Assembly: GCA_963675215.1 (NCBI GenBank) | Contig: OY775914.1 | Location: forward strand, 3,672,653 to 3,736,652 | Direction: 5' to 3' | DNA: 64,000 bases | Source: Bacteroidales bacterium | Lineage (GTDB): Bacteria; Bacteroidota; Bacteroidia; Bacteroidales; GCA-2711565 | Shown here: in pieces, positions 55,896-64,000 of the stretch | How the letters are laid out: every line of letters starts with the position of its first letter | Position numbering within the stretch: the stretch's first letter is position 1 | Program-made: the position numbers and the translations under genes | Notes under the pieces: generated by a model | Database searches by the model: none | What the model saw: only the letters and a program-made list of their open reading frames with translations | What the model was told of the DNA's origin: nothing

Positions 55896-57239
55896 ATGAA
55901 TATTACACAGGAAAAGTCAAGTGATCTTACAGCAATTATTAAAATTGAATTAGTAAAGGAAGATTATCAGGAAAAAGTAAAAACGGTTTTAAAAGATTAC
56001 CAGAAAAAAGCAAACATTCCAGGATTTCGTCCGGGCAAAGTTCCTTTTGGCATGGTTGATAAAATGTATGGCAAAGCTGTTTTAGCAGAAGAAATTAATA
56101 AACTAATTTCTGATTCGCTTAACCAATACATTGTTGATGAAAAAATTGACATCTTGGGATATCCATTACCCAACCTTGAAAAAACTACTGAATTAGATTT
56201 TGACACGCAGGAAAAATTTGATTTCTTTTTCGATATCGGATTGACACCGGAGTTTGATATCGCCATTGATGATAAATTCAAAGTAAAATATTACAATATT
56301 AAGGCTGACGAAGACGTGGTAAATAAATATCTCGCTGACTTAAGAAACAGAAATGGGAAAACCACCAAACCTGAGACAGCTGAAGAAACAGATGTTTTAT
56401 TTGGTGATTTTACCGAAGTAAATAATGAAGATGGCTTGAAAGGTTCGGCACAATTAAAACTTGAAAGTGTAAAATTAAAAACAGCCTTAAAGCAATTTAT
56501 TGGTGCAAAAGTTGGAGACCAAATCACATTTGATCCGACAAAAGCACTTAAAAGTGATATTGAAGTTGCTACCTTATTAGGCATCAGGCCTGAAGAAGCA
56601 GAAGCATTCAAAAATGAAATTGAATTTACAGTTACAGAAATAAGCAGAACTGAACCTGCTGAGTTAAATGAAGAATTCTATAAGATGGTTTACCCTCAAG
56701 ACAAAATTGAGAACGAGGATCAGCTAAAAGAAAGAATCAAAAAAGATGCAGAAATTTCATTTGCCTCAGAAAGCGATCGACAATTTATGAACAATGCTGT
56801 TGAACTATTAATTGAAAAAGCAGATATTTCTGTTCCTGATGAATTTTTGAAAAGATGGTTACTGGAAAATAATCAGGATAGAGTTACCCCGGAACAATTA
56901 GAAACTCAGTACGACAGTTATATTAAATCACTTAAGTGGCAGTTGATTGAGAGCAAGCTTGTGAAAGGAAATAATATTGAAGTTAAAGAAGAAGAAGTCA
57001 GAGATCATATCAAAGGTTATTTCATGAATATGACCATGCCTGGAGCAGAATCAAATGAAAATGACAACCGTATGAATGAAATCGTTAATTCGGTAATGCA
57101 AAATAAAGAAGAAGTTAAAAAGATTTACGATCAGCTTTATGATAAAAAGCTTTTAGATTTCCTCAAAGCAAATATTAAGCAAACCAAGAAAGAAGTCAAT
57201 TACGAGGAATTTGTTAAATTAGCAACACAAATTAAATAG
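55896..57239 (+). CDS. tig: Trigger factor
   Basis: 447 aa. Ribosome-binding signature region GFRPGKVP. Position upstream of clpP-clpX. Confidence 0.92.
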   Translation: MNITQEKSSDLTAIIKIELVKEDYQEKVKTVLKDYQKKANIPGFRPGKVPFGMVDKMYGKAVLAEEINKLISDSLNQYIVDEKIDILGYPLPNLEKTTELDFDTQEKFDFFFDIGLTPEFDIAIDDKFKVKYYNIKADEDVVNKYLADLRNRNGKTTKPETAEETDVLFGDFTEVNNEDGLKGSAQLKLESVKLKTALKQFIGAKVGDQITFDPTKALKSDIEVATLLGIRPEEAEAFKNEIEFTVTEISRTEPAELNEEFYKMVYPQDKIENEDQLKERIKKDAEISFASESDRQFMNNAVELLIEKADISVPDEFLKRWLLENNQDRVTPEQLETQYDSYIKSLKWQLIESKLVKGNNIEVKEEEVRDHIKGYFMNMTMPGAESNENDNRMNEIVNSVMQNKEEVKKIYDQLYDKKLLDFLKANIKQTKKEVNYEEFVKLATQIK

Positions 57240-57248
57240 CAATTGATT

Positions 57249-57926
57249 ATGAATAATTCAGACGAATTTAAAAAATATGCACTCAAAGAAAGAGGCATTA
57301 GTAGCTTAACAATGGAACGTTACACCTCCATTCTTGACAACTATATTTCACCAACCATTATTGAAGAACGACAAATGAACATCGCAACCATGGATGTTTT
57401 TTCAAGACTCATGATGGATCGAATTATTTTCTTGGGTGTTCCAATCAACGATTATGTTGCAAATATCATTCAAGCGCAACTATTATTCTTAGAATCAGTT
57501 GATGCAAAAAAAGACATTCAAATTTACCTCAATACGCCAGGCGGATCAGTTTATGCCGGCTTGGGTATTTACGATACCATGCAATATATTTCATCTAATG
57601 TGGCAACCATTTGTACAGGGATGGCAGCATCTATGGGCGCAGTGCTTTTATGTGCAGGTGAAAAAGGAAAACGTACTGCTTTAAAGCATTCACGTATTTT
57701 AATTCACCAACCAATGGGTGGTGCACAAGGACAAGCTTCTGATATTGAAATTACAGCCAGAGAAATCCAAAAACTTAAAAAAGAATTATACGATATTATC
57801 TCTAAGCATAGCGGACAAAAATACGCGAAAGTTTGGAAAGATTCTGACAGAGATTATTGGATGACCGCTACCGAAGCCAAAGAATACGGAATGATAGATG
57901 AAGTATTGCTAAAAAATAAAAACTAA
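57249..57926 (+). CDS. clpP: ATP-dependent Clp protease proteolytic subunit
   Basis: Catalytic Ser context GMAASMGA, His context ILIHQPMGG, Asp context DRDYWMTA. ATG at 57249 (a TTG at 57243 is also possible). Confidence 0.95.
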   Translation: MNNSDEFKKYALKERGISSLTMERYTSILDNYISPTIIEERQMNIATMDVFSRLMMDRIIFLGVPINDYVANIIQAQLLFLESVDAKKDIQIYLNTPGGSVYAGLGIYDTMQYISSNVATICTGMAASMGAVLLCAGEKGKRTALKHSRILIHQPMGGAQGQASDIEITAREIQKLKKELYDIISKHSGQKYAKVWKDSDRDYWMTATEAKEYGMIDEVLLKNKN

Positions 57927-57938
57927 GTATTTTTTACT

Positions 57939-59180
57939 ATGGCCAAACAACCGGCAGATAAATGTTCTTTTTGCGGAAGACCAAAAGAAGAAAGTGGTAT
58001 TCTGATTGCAGGAATGAATGCGCATATTTGCAATCATTGTGTTGAGCAAGCACAATTGATTCTGAAGGAAGAATTTTCCGCTCAAGAAAACGAAAAGTTT
58101 GCTAATATCGATATCAAATTAAGCAAACCCAGCGAAATCAAAGCACATTTAGATCAATATGTAATTGGGCAGGATGAAGCAAAACGAGTGCTTTCGGTAG
58201 CTGTTTACAATCATTACAAAAGAATTACCCAACCTGTTGATGAAGTTGATGAGGTTGAAATTGAAAAATCAAATATTATTATTGTAGGCGAAACAGGAAC
58301 CGGAAAAACCTTATTGGCCAGAACCATTGCCCGATTTTTGGATGTGCCTTTTTGCATTGCTGATGCCACCGTTCTGACAGAAGCCGGATATGTTGGCGAA
58401 GATGTTGAAAATGTGCTCACTCGTTTGTTACAAGTAGCTGATTACAATGTTTCTGCAGCAGAAAAAGGGATTGTTTTTATTGATGAGATAGATAAAATTG
58501 CTCGCAAAAGTGATAATCCATCAATTACAAGAGATGTTTCAGGAGAAGGTGTTCAGCAGGCGCTTTTAAAATTACTCGAAGGTTCGGAAGTTAATGTTCC
58601 ACCTCAAGGAGGACGTAAGCACCCAGAGCAAAAAATGATAAAAATTGATACCACAGATATTTTATTCATTGCAGGAGGAGCATTTCACGGAATTGATAAA
58701 ATCATTGGTTCTAGATTGCGAACCAATATGATTGGTTATAGTTCGGATAAAGAAAAAGAAAAGATTGATAAAGATCGCATCCTTCAATATATTTCTCCAT
58801 CTGATATTAAAAAATATGGCCTTATTCCAGAAATCGTTGGTCGATTACCCGTTTTATCGTATTTGAATCCCCTTGAAAAAGACACCCTCAAATTAATCTT
58901 AACTGAGCCAAAAAACTCATTGGTTAAACAATTTGTTAAATTATTTGAGATGGATGATATCAAGCTCAGCTTCGATGATAATGTACTTGATTTTATCGTC
59001 GACAAATCTATTGAATTTAAACTTGGGGCAAGAGGCTTACGTTCAATCGTGGAGGCGATACTTACAGATGCCATGTTCGAGTTACCTTCTCAAAAATCTG
59101 TAAAAAGTCTGAAGGTTAGCTTATCCTATGCAAAACAAAAATTCGAGAAGGCGAATCTTTCTAAATTAAAAGTTGCATAA
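57939..59180 (+). CDS. clpX: ATP-dependent Clp protease ATP-binding subunit ClpX
   Basis: Zinc finger CSFCGR...CNHC, Walker [12 protein letters not shown], Walker [16 protein letters not shown] sensor. Confidence 0.97.
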   Translation: MAKQPADKCSFCGRPKEESGILIAGMNAHICNHCVEQAQLILKEEFSAQENEKFANIDIKLSKPSEIKAHLDQYVIGQDEAKRVLSVAVYNHYKRITQPVDEVDEVEIEKSNIIIVGETGTGKTLLARTIARFLDVPFCIADATVLTEAGYVGEDVENVLTRLLQVADYNVSAAEKGIVFIDEIDKIARKSDNPSITRDVSGEGVQQALLKLLEGSEVNVPPQGGRKHPEQKMIKIDTTDILFIAGGAFHGIDKIIGSRLRTNMIGYSSDKEKEKIDKDRILQYISPSDIKKYGLIPEIVGRLPVLSYLNPLEKDTLKLILTEPKNSLVKQFVKLFEMDDIKLSFDDNVLDFIVDKSIEFKLGARGLRSIVEAILTDAMFELPSQKSVKSLKVSLSYAKQKFEKANLSKLKVA

Positions 59181-59277
59181 GCTTTAATTCATTTTTAATT
59201 TCACGCAATATTTTTTCTTTACTTCGTTTTTATGAAGTCAATGATGCCATTGGCATAGTAATTGATTTGACCATATC

Positions 59278-59856
59278 ATGAGAAATCAAATTCTTGTCAT
59301 AATAATTCTTATTCTCACGAACTGCATCACTTTCGCGCAAGAAACAAGCGTAGTATCGATGGTAAAAGTTGTTGATGGAGATACCATACCTGTGATGGAC
59401 CTTAATGAAGTTCATATTTCAGGATATCGAATTGTAAAGAAAGGCGAATTTCGCAGAACTACCAGGCTGATAAGATACGTTAAAATAGTATATCCTTATG
59501 CTAAAATTGCCGGTATAAAACTGAAGGAATATAATGAGCTTTTACTTAATACACCAGACAAAAAAGAACAAAAGAAAATTTTAAAAAGAGCAGAGCAAGA
59601 GTTAAAAGATGAATTTGGGGATGATCTTCGCAAGCTTACTTTTTCGCAAGGCAAAATTTTAATTAAGTTAATTGATCGAGAAACCGGTGACAGTTCTTAC
59701 GACTTGGTTAAAGAACTCAGAGGTGGATTTTCAGCCTTTTTTTATCAAACCTTTGCACGACTATTTGGCTACAATTTAAAAACCAAATACGACCCAAACG
59801 GAGAAGATGCATTAATTGAACTCATTGTAATGATGATTGAGAATGGAACAATCTAA
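59278..59856 (+). CDS. Conserved Bacteroidota secreted protein (DUF4294-like)
   Basis: Signal peptide. YPYAKIAG, LTFSQGKILIKLIDRETG and YDPNGED stretches recalled from the DUF4294 family. Not verified by search. Confidence 0.55.
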   Translation: MRNQILVIIILILTNCITFAQETSVVSMVKVVDGDTIPVMDLNEVHISGYRIVKKGEFRRTTRLIRYVKIVYPYAKIAGIKLKEYNELLLNTPDKKEQKKILKRAEQELKDEFGDDLRKLTFSQGKILIKLIDRETGDSSYDLVKELRGGFSAFFYQTFARLFGYNLKTKYDPNGEDALIELIVMMIENGTI

Positions 59857-59860
59857 CCGG

Positions 59861-61282
59861 CTATTTGCCCCTACCCTGAATGACGATTAATACCGTATAA
59901 ATCAGGATTTTGAAATCAACTGCGAGTGACATATTTTCGATATACAAAATATCATATTTAAGTCTTTCAATCATTTCATCGACATTTGAAGCATAACCAT
60001 ATTCAACCTGTCCCCATGAGGTAATTCCGGGCTTAACTTTCATAAGGAGTTTATAATGGGGTGATCGTTCAATAATTTTATCGATATAATATTGCCGCTC
60101 TGGCCGAGGTCCAACAATTGACATGTCTCCTTTTAACACTGAAAAGAACTGAGGTATTTCATCAAGGCGGATTTTACGGATAAATCGTCCGAATGGCGTA
60201 ATTCTATCATCCTTTTTACTTGAAAGTTGTGGGCCATTAATCTCTGCATTACGATACATTGATCTGAATTTGTGCATTTTAAAAGGATGCCCTTTGTACC
60301 CAATCCGCTCCTGAGAGTAAATGGCCGGGCCCTTCGACGACAACTTTACTCCTATGGCTGTAAATATATAAACCGGTAATAAAATCACAATTGCAAATAT
60401 TGAAATGACGATATCAAAAAACCGCTTGAAAGATTGTTGCCATGCAGGCATCAAAATGGGCGAAATTTGAATAAGCGGGGCATTAAACATAGATGAAACC
60501 CTCACGGTTCCCATCAGGAAATCTTGCATTACCGGAATAATTTTTATAATCATTTCGGCATCGTCAATAATAGAAATAATCCGATCAACTGTTTCCTGCT
60601 CACTGCGTTCAATAGCGATGATTACTTCCTCGACTTTGTATCTGTTTATAATTTTGTTTAATTCCGTATAATTCCCCAAGTGAGGCAAATATTCCGCAAT
60701 TTTATGCACTTCACTTTCAACAGCATCAACAAAACCAATAATTTTATTTCCCGTTGATTTTTCCTGATTTTCAAGTGCCTGATAAATCTGCACAGCATTT
60801 CCATTACTGCCGACAATGATTGTATTAAAACCGATTTTGCGATTATGGATTTTATTAGCCGTAACTGAAGTGATAATAATCCTGGGAAGAACATTTATCA
60901 TAAAGAATATTAACCAGAAAAAGATGAATAAATTAGTAGAGATTTGATAATAAGTTATAATGGCACTATTCTCTATGTAAAAAAACAATATCGCAATTCC
61001 AATAAAAGATACAATAAAACTTTGCCCAAGCTCACTTAATCTTGATTTCCGATAGATTCTTCTATAGTTTCCGATGATTATGTATAACACGACCCACAAT
61101 ACGGGCAGAAAAACCATACCAAGAACATAATAAACTTGTTGAAACAATATTGCCAATTCCTTCAATCCAAATTCGGCAGAAAAGCCCATAAAATACAGAT
61201 AGAAGAAATGCCATGCAAATGCCACAGATAGCAAATCTGAAATTACATAAAATGATGTCTGTAATTTTCTATTCATGAACAA
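59861..61282 (-). CDS. Polyprenyl-phosphate glycosyl-1-phosphate transferase (WbaP/large PGT type)
   Basis: 473 aa, 4-5 N-terminal TM spans, central NAD-like domain. C-terminal KRFFD, HKFRSM, DDRIT, DEIPQFFSVLKGDMSIVGPRPE. Confidence 0.85.
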   Translation of the reverse strand: MFMNRKLQTSFYVISDLLSVAFAWHFFYLYFMGFSAEFGLKELAILFQQVYYVLGMVFLPVLWVVLYIIIGNYRRIYRKSRLSELGQSFIVSFIGIAILFFYIENSAIITYYQISTNLFIFFWLIFFMINVLPRIIITSVTANKIHNRKIGFNTIIVGSNGNAVQIYQALENQEKSTGNKIIGFVDAVESEVHKIAEYLPHLGNYTELNKIINRYKVEEVIIAIERSEQETVDRIISIIDDAEMIIKIIPVMQDFLMGTVRVSSMFNAPLIQISPILMPAWQQSFKRFFDIVISIFAIVILLPVYIFTAIGVKLSSKGPAIYSQERIGYKGHPFKMHKFRSMYRNAEINGPQLSSKKDDRITPFGRFIRKIRLDEIPQFFSVLKGDMSIVGPRPERQYYIDKIIERSPHYKLLMKVKPGITSWGQVEYGYASNVDEMIERLKYDILYIENMSLAVDFKILIYTVLIVIQGRGK

Positions 61283-61396
61283 ATTTTGCTTTAATCATCA
61301 TCAAATTTCATTTAATGATTTGGCAAATAAGACGGATTAATAATTTATTAGGATTTCCTAATTCCTGAAATTCAGAACATCAAATCCATTCAATCA

Positions 61397-62383
61397 TTAC
61401 AAATTACCGGCTGCATGATTTACTTTATCGATAATTTGATAAGCAACATCCAGTGCATAATATCCATCATTAATGGTTACAGGGGGAGTTGTGTTTTCCT
61501 TGATTGAATAATAGAAACTCTCAAGCTCTGATTTAATCGCATTTATTTCCGCCACATCCGGTTTACTAATAAGAATCTGTTTTGATCCCTTATTCTCACC
61601 CAGATCTAAAATCATGTCGAATGGGCCTGCTTTCTCAGGATCAATATCTTTCATGGTAACCACTTCAGTAACCTTCTTTAAAAAATCAACCGAAATATAA
61701 GCATCTTTTTGGAAAAAGCGGGACTTTCGCATGTTTTTTAATGAAATCCGACTGGCAGTTAAATTAGCAATGCTCCCATTATCAAATTCGATTCTGGCAT
61801 TTGCAATATCAGGTGTGTCACTCACCACTTTTATACCACTTGCATTCACTTTTTTAATAGGTGATTTTACGACACTCAAAACAATATCAATATCATGAAT
61901 CATCAAGTCAAGAATCACGGGTACGTCAGTCCCTCGTGGGTTAAACATGGCTAAACGATGTGATTCAATAAACATAGGTTTATCAATGAAAGGTTTGGCT
62001 GCAATAAAAGCCGGGTTAAAACGCTCAACGTGTCCAACCTGAACTTTTACATTTGCCTCTTCTGCTAATTCAATTAACTTTCGTGCTTGATCGGGAGTGG
62101 TAACAATAGGCTTTTCAATAAATACATGCTTAAAAAGCTTCAATGCCTTTGAGGCACAATCAAAATGTGATAATGTTGGGGTAACAATATCCACCACATC
62201 AACTGCATTTATCAAACTTTCAATATCATCAAAGCGCTCAATCTTGTAATCTTCAATTACTTTTTGCGCGTTTTCGTCATTTGGATCATAAAATCCAACC
62301 AATTCAAATTCTTCAATCTGTTTAATACAGTTTACATGAATCTTTCCAAGATGGCCAACGCCAAGAACTCCAATTTTTATCAT
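61397..62383 (-). CDS. Gfo/Idh/MocA family NAD(P) oxidoreductase
   Basis: MIKIGVLGVGHLGKIH Rossmann motif and EKP motif (FIEKPI). Confidence 0.85.
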   Translation of the reverse strand: MIKIGVLGVGHLGKIHVNCIKQIEEFELVGFYDPNDENAQKVIEDYKIERFDDIESLINAVDVVDIVTPTLSHFDCASKALKLFKHVFIEKPIVTTPDQARKLIELAEEANVKVQVGHVERFNPAFIAAKPFIDKPMFIESHRLAMFNPRGTDVPVILDLMIHDIDIVLSVVKSPIKKVNASGIKVVSDTPDIANARIEFDNGSIANLTASRISLKNMRKSRFFQKDAYISVDFLKKVTEVVTMKDIDPEKAGPFDMILDLGENKGSKQILISKPDVAEINAIKSELESFYYSIKENTTPPVTINDGYYALDVAYQIIDKVNHAAGNL

Positions 62384-62508
62384 CAGTTAATATCTTTTTG
62401 CAAATGTAATTTTTTTTGTCCTTGCTGAATTAGTATTTTCGCATGAGTTTTAAACACTTAAACTTGGATAAATTTCTGATAAAATAAATTTTGTAATGGA
62501 TTATTTTT

Positions 62509-63156
62509 ATGGTTGACACATACAGACATAAAGGTTTAAGAAAAAAGCTTGTTGAAGAGATTCGTTTAAAGGGTATTAAAGATGAGTCAATTTTAAAAGC
62601 CATTGATAAAATACCACGACATTTATTCATTGATTCCTCATTTGTTGAATTCGCATATGAAGACAAACCGTTTCCGATCGGATCAGGCCAAACCATCTCA
62701 CAACCCTATACTGTAGCAATTCAAACAGAATTACTTAATGTTAAAAAAGGCGACAAGATCTTAGAAATCGGCACCGGATCAGGATATCAAGCATGTGTTT
62801 TGATTGAATTGGGCGCCAAAGTTTACTCAATCGAGCGACAAAAAAAATTGTTTCAAAGAACTAAAGCGTTTCTTCCGGAAATCGGCTATAATCCTAAACT
62901 CTTCTATGGAGACGGAAATTTAGGCTTACCTACCTTTGCCCCTTTCGATAAAATAATTATTACAGCCGGAGCTCCCATTGTTCCAGATAAACTTCTCGAA
63001 CAATTAAAAATTGGTGGTACCATGATTATTCCTTTGGGCAAAGGTGACACTCAGGTTATGAAAAGCATTACCAAAGTTGGAGAAACTAATTTCAAGGAAG
63101 TTGAACACGGCCTTTTTCGTTTTGTTCCCCTCCTTGGTAATAAGGCCAACGACTAA
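62509..63156 (+). CDS. pcm: Protein-L-isoaspartate O-methyltransferase
   Basis: 215 aa. GQTISQPY and ILEIGTGSGYQ motifs. Confidence 0.93.
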   Translation: MVDTYRHKGLRKKLVEEIRLKGIKDESILKAIDKIPRHLFIDSSFVEFAYEDKPFPIGSGQTISQPYTVAIQTELLNVKKGDKILEIGTGSGYQACVLIELGAKVYSIERQKKLFQRTKAFLPEIGYNPKLFYGDGNLGLPTFAPFDKIIITAGAPIVPDKLLEQLKIGGTMIIPLGKGDTQVMKSITKVGETNFKEVEHGLFRFVPLLGNKAND

Positions 63157-63340
63157 ATACTGTCTATATATAACACTTTTTTCCCACAATGGGAACAAAT
63201 ACCCAAAACAAAATAATTTTATTTATCTGATTACCTGATACTTATACCCCATTCCTTATTTGGACTAGATTTTGTCCAGTACTATGTGCGCGTATTAATT
63301 TAATATCATTAATACGAGTGAAACTATAAACATCATTGCT

Positions 63341-64000
63341 ATGAAAAATTTTAAATTTAAAATCATTCCAACAATTTTAATTATATTGGCCTTAATTCTT
63401 GTCGGTTCTTGTAATAAAAAAACCAATAAAGATTCTGAGATAATTGATAGCCAAAACAAAATTGACGAAATCGCAATTAGTGATGATTTCGAATGGAATA
63501 CAACAAGAAATGTCACATTTAATGTTAGTGCAACTAGCTCACAAGTCATTACTATTAGTTCTACGGATCAAGAAATCAGGTACCATAGAGGAATGCATAA
63601 TGGCTTGGAAGACTACAAGGTTACGCTAAATATTCCCTACACCGTCAATACAGTGCTTGTAAACGAACAAACCATCAGCTTAAGTTCAAATATTATTAAT
63701 TGTGATCTTGAAATAGTAAATACGGGTTTGAAGGAAACTCCTATTGACACAGATGGAGATGGAGTTGTTGACCATTTGGATGACTTTCCAAATATCCCAA
63801 CGCAATCTTTTGAAAACAACAATCCACCATCAACCACAGGGAGTTTAGGTTTTGAAGACTTATGGCCAGGTAAAGGAGATTTTGATTTCAATGATATTGT
63901 TGTAGATTACCAGTTTTCAAGTATTACAAATGCCCAAAACAAAGTTATAGAAGTTTCTGTAACCTTCATTGTTAAAGCAAGTGGTGCATACCTCAGAAAT
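63341..64000 (+). CDS. LruC-domain lipoprotein, N-terminal part (3' end lies outside the window)
   Basis: Absent from the ORF track because no stop falls in the window. The ATG at 63341 opens a 220-codon frame to base 64000. Lipobox LILVGSCNK, calcium-type DTDGDGVVDHLD, LruC signature LGFEDLWPGKGDFDFNDIVVDY. Confidence 0.75.
   Translation, partial: MKNFKFKIIPTILIILALILVGSCNKKTNKDSEIIDSQNKIDEIAISDDFEWNTTRNVTFNVSATSSQVITISSTDQEIRYHRGMHNGLEDYKVTLNIPYTVNTVLVNEQTISLSSNIINCDLEIVNTGLKETPIDTDGDGVVDHLDDFPNIPTQSFENNNPPSTTGSLGFEDLWPGKGDFDFNDIVVDYQFSSITNAQNKVIEVSVTFIVKASGAYLRN

Noticed and set aside
1-64000. Search for CRISPR arrays, transposases/integrases, toxin-antitoxin pairs or known defence-system genes
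   Set aside because: I recognised none. The only tandem repeat is the tRNA-His array, which lacks the spacer-repeat organisation of CRISPR, and no cas-like or recombinase-like ORF is present.

Overview
AT-rich chromosomal segment that looks like Bacteroidota. Evidence: a compact 287-aa sigma-A, a recurring TAnnTTTG -7 promoter motif 16-26 nt upstream of start codons and tRNA 5' ends, a TonB-dependent receptor with an N-terminal carboxypeptidase-regulatory-like domain, an LruC-domain lipoprotein, and many lipoprotein or beta-barrel genes. The window holds dnaA and mostly housekeeping genes: pnp, rpoD, rpe, pepD, prmC, fabG, aroQ, smpB, tig-clpP-clpX and pcm. It also has three tRNAs (Ser-UGA, His-GUG, Leu-UAG), one TPP riboswitch and several clean intrinsic terminators. 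I saw no transposase, integrase, CRISPR array or recognisable defence system. Four loci deserve a second look. (1) A long minus-strand cluster (about 33.4-42.9 kb) starts at an ArsR-family repressor. It encodes a thioredoxin -> CcdA -> periplasmic CxxC relay, an ArsP-type permease translationally overlapped with a dedicated porin, FmdE-like and TauE/SafE proteins, and ends in selU-selD-thioredoxin. Three copies of a TGTTCG-N8-CGAACA palindrome mark its intergenic regions. (2) A DsrC/TusE - NarI-like membrane protein - HdrD/DsrK-like Fe-S protein - class-V cysteine desulfurase module (18.0-21.7 kb) has no dsrAB in view. (3) Three near-identical 120-bp tandem repeats lie distal to tRNA-His. Each begins with a copy of the 3'-terminal 17 nt of the tRNA and carries its own terminator hairpin. 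(4) An LMW-PTP homologue next to dnaA has all three catalytic residues substituted. Function calls rest on motifs read by eye from the translations. No database search was run.
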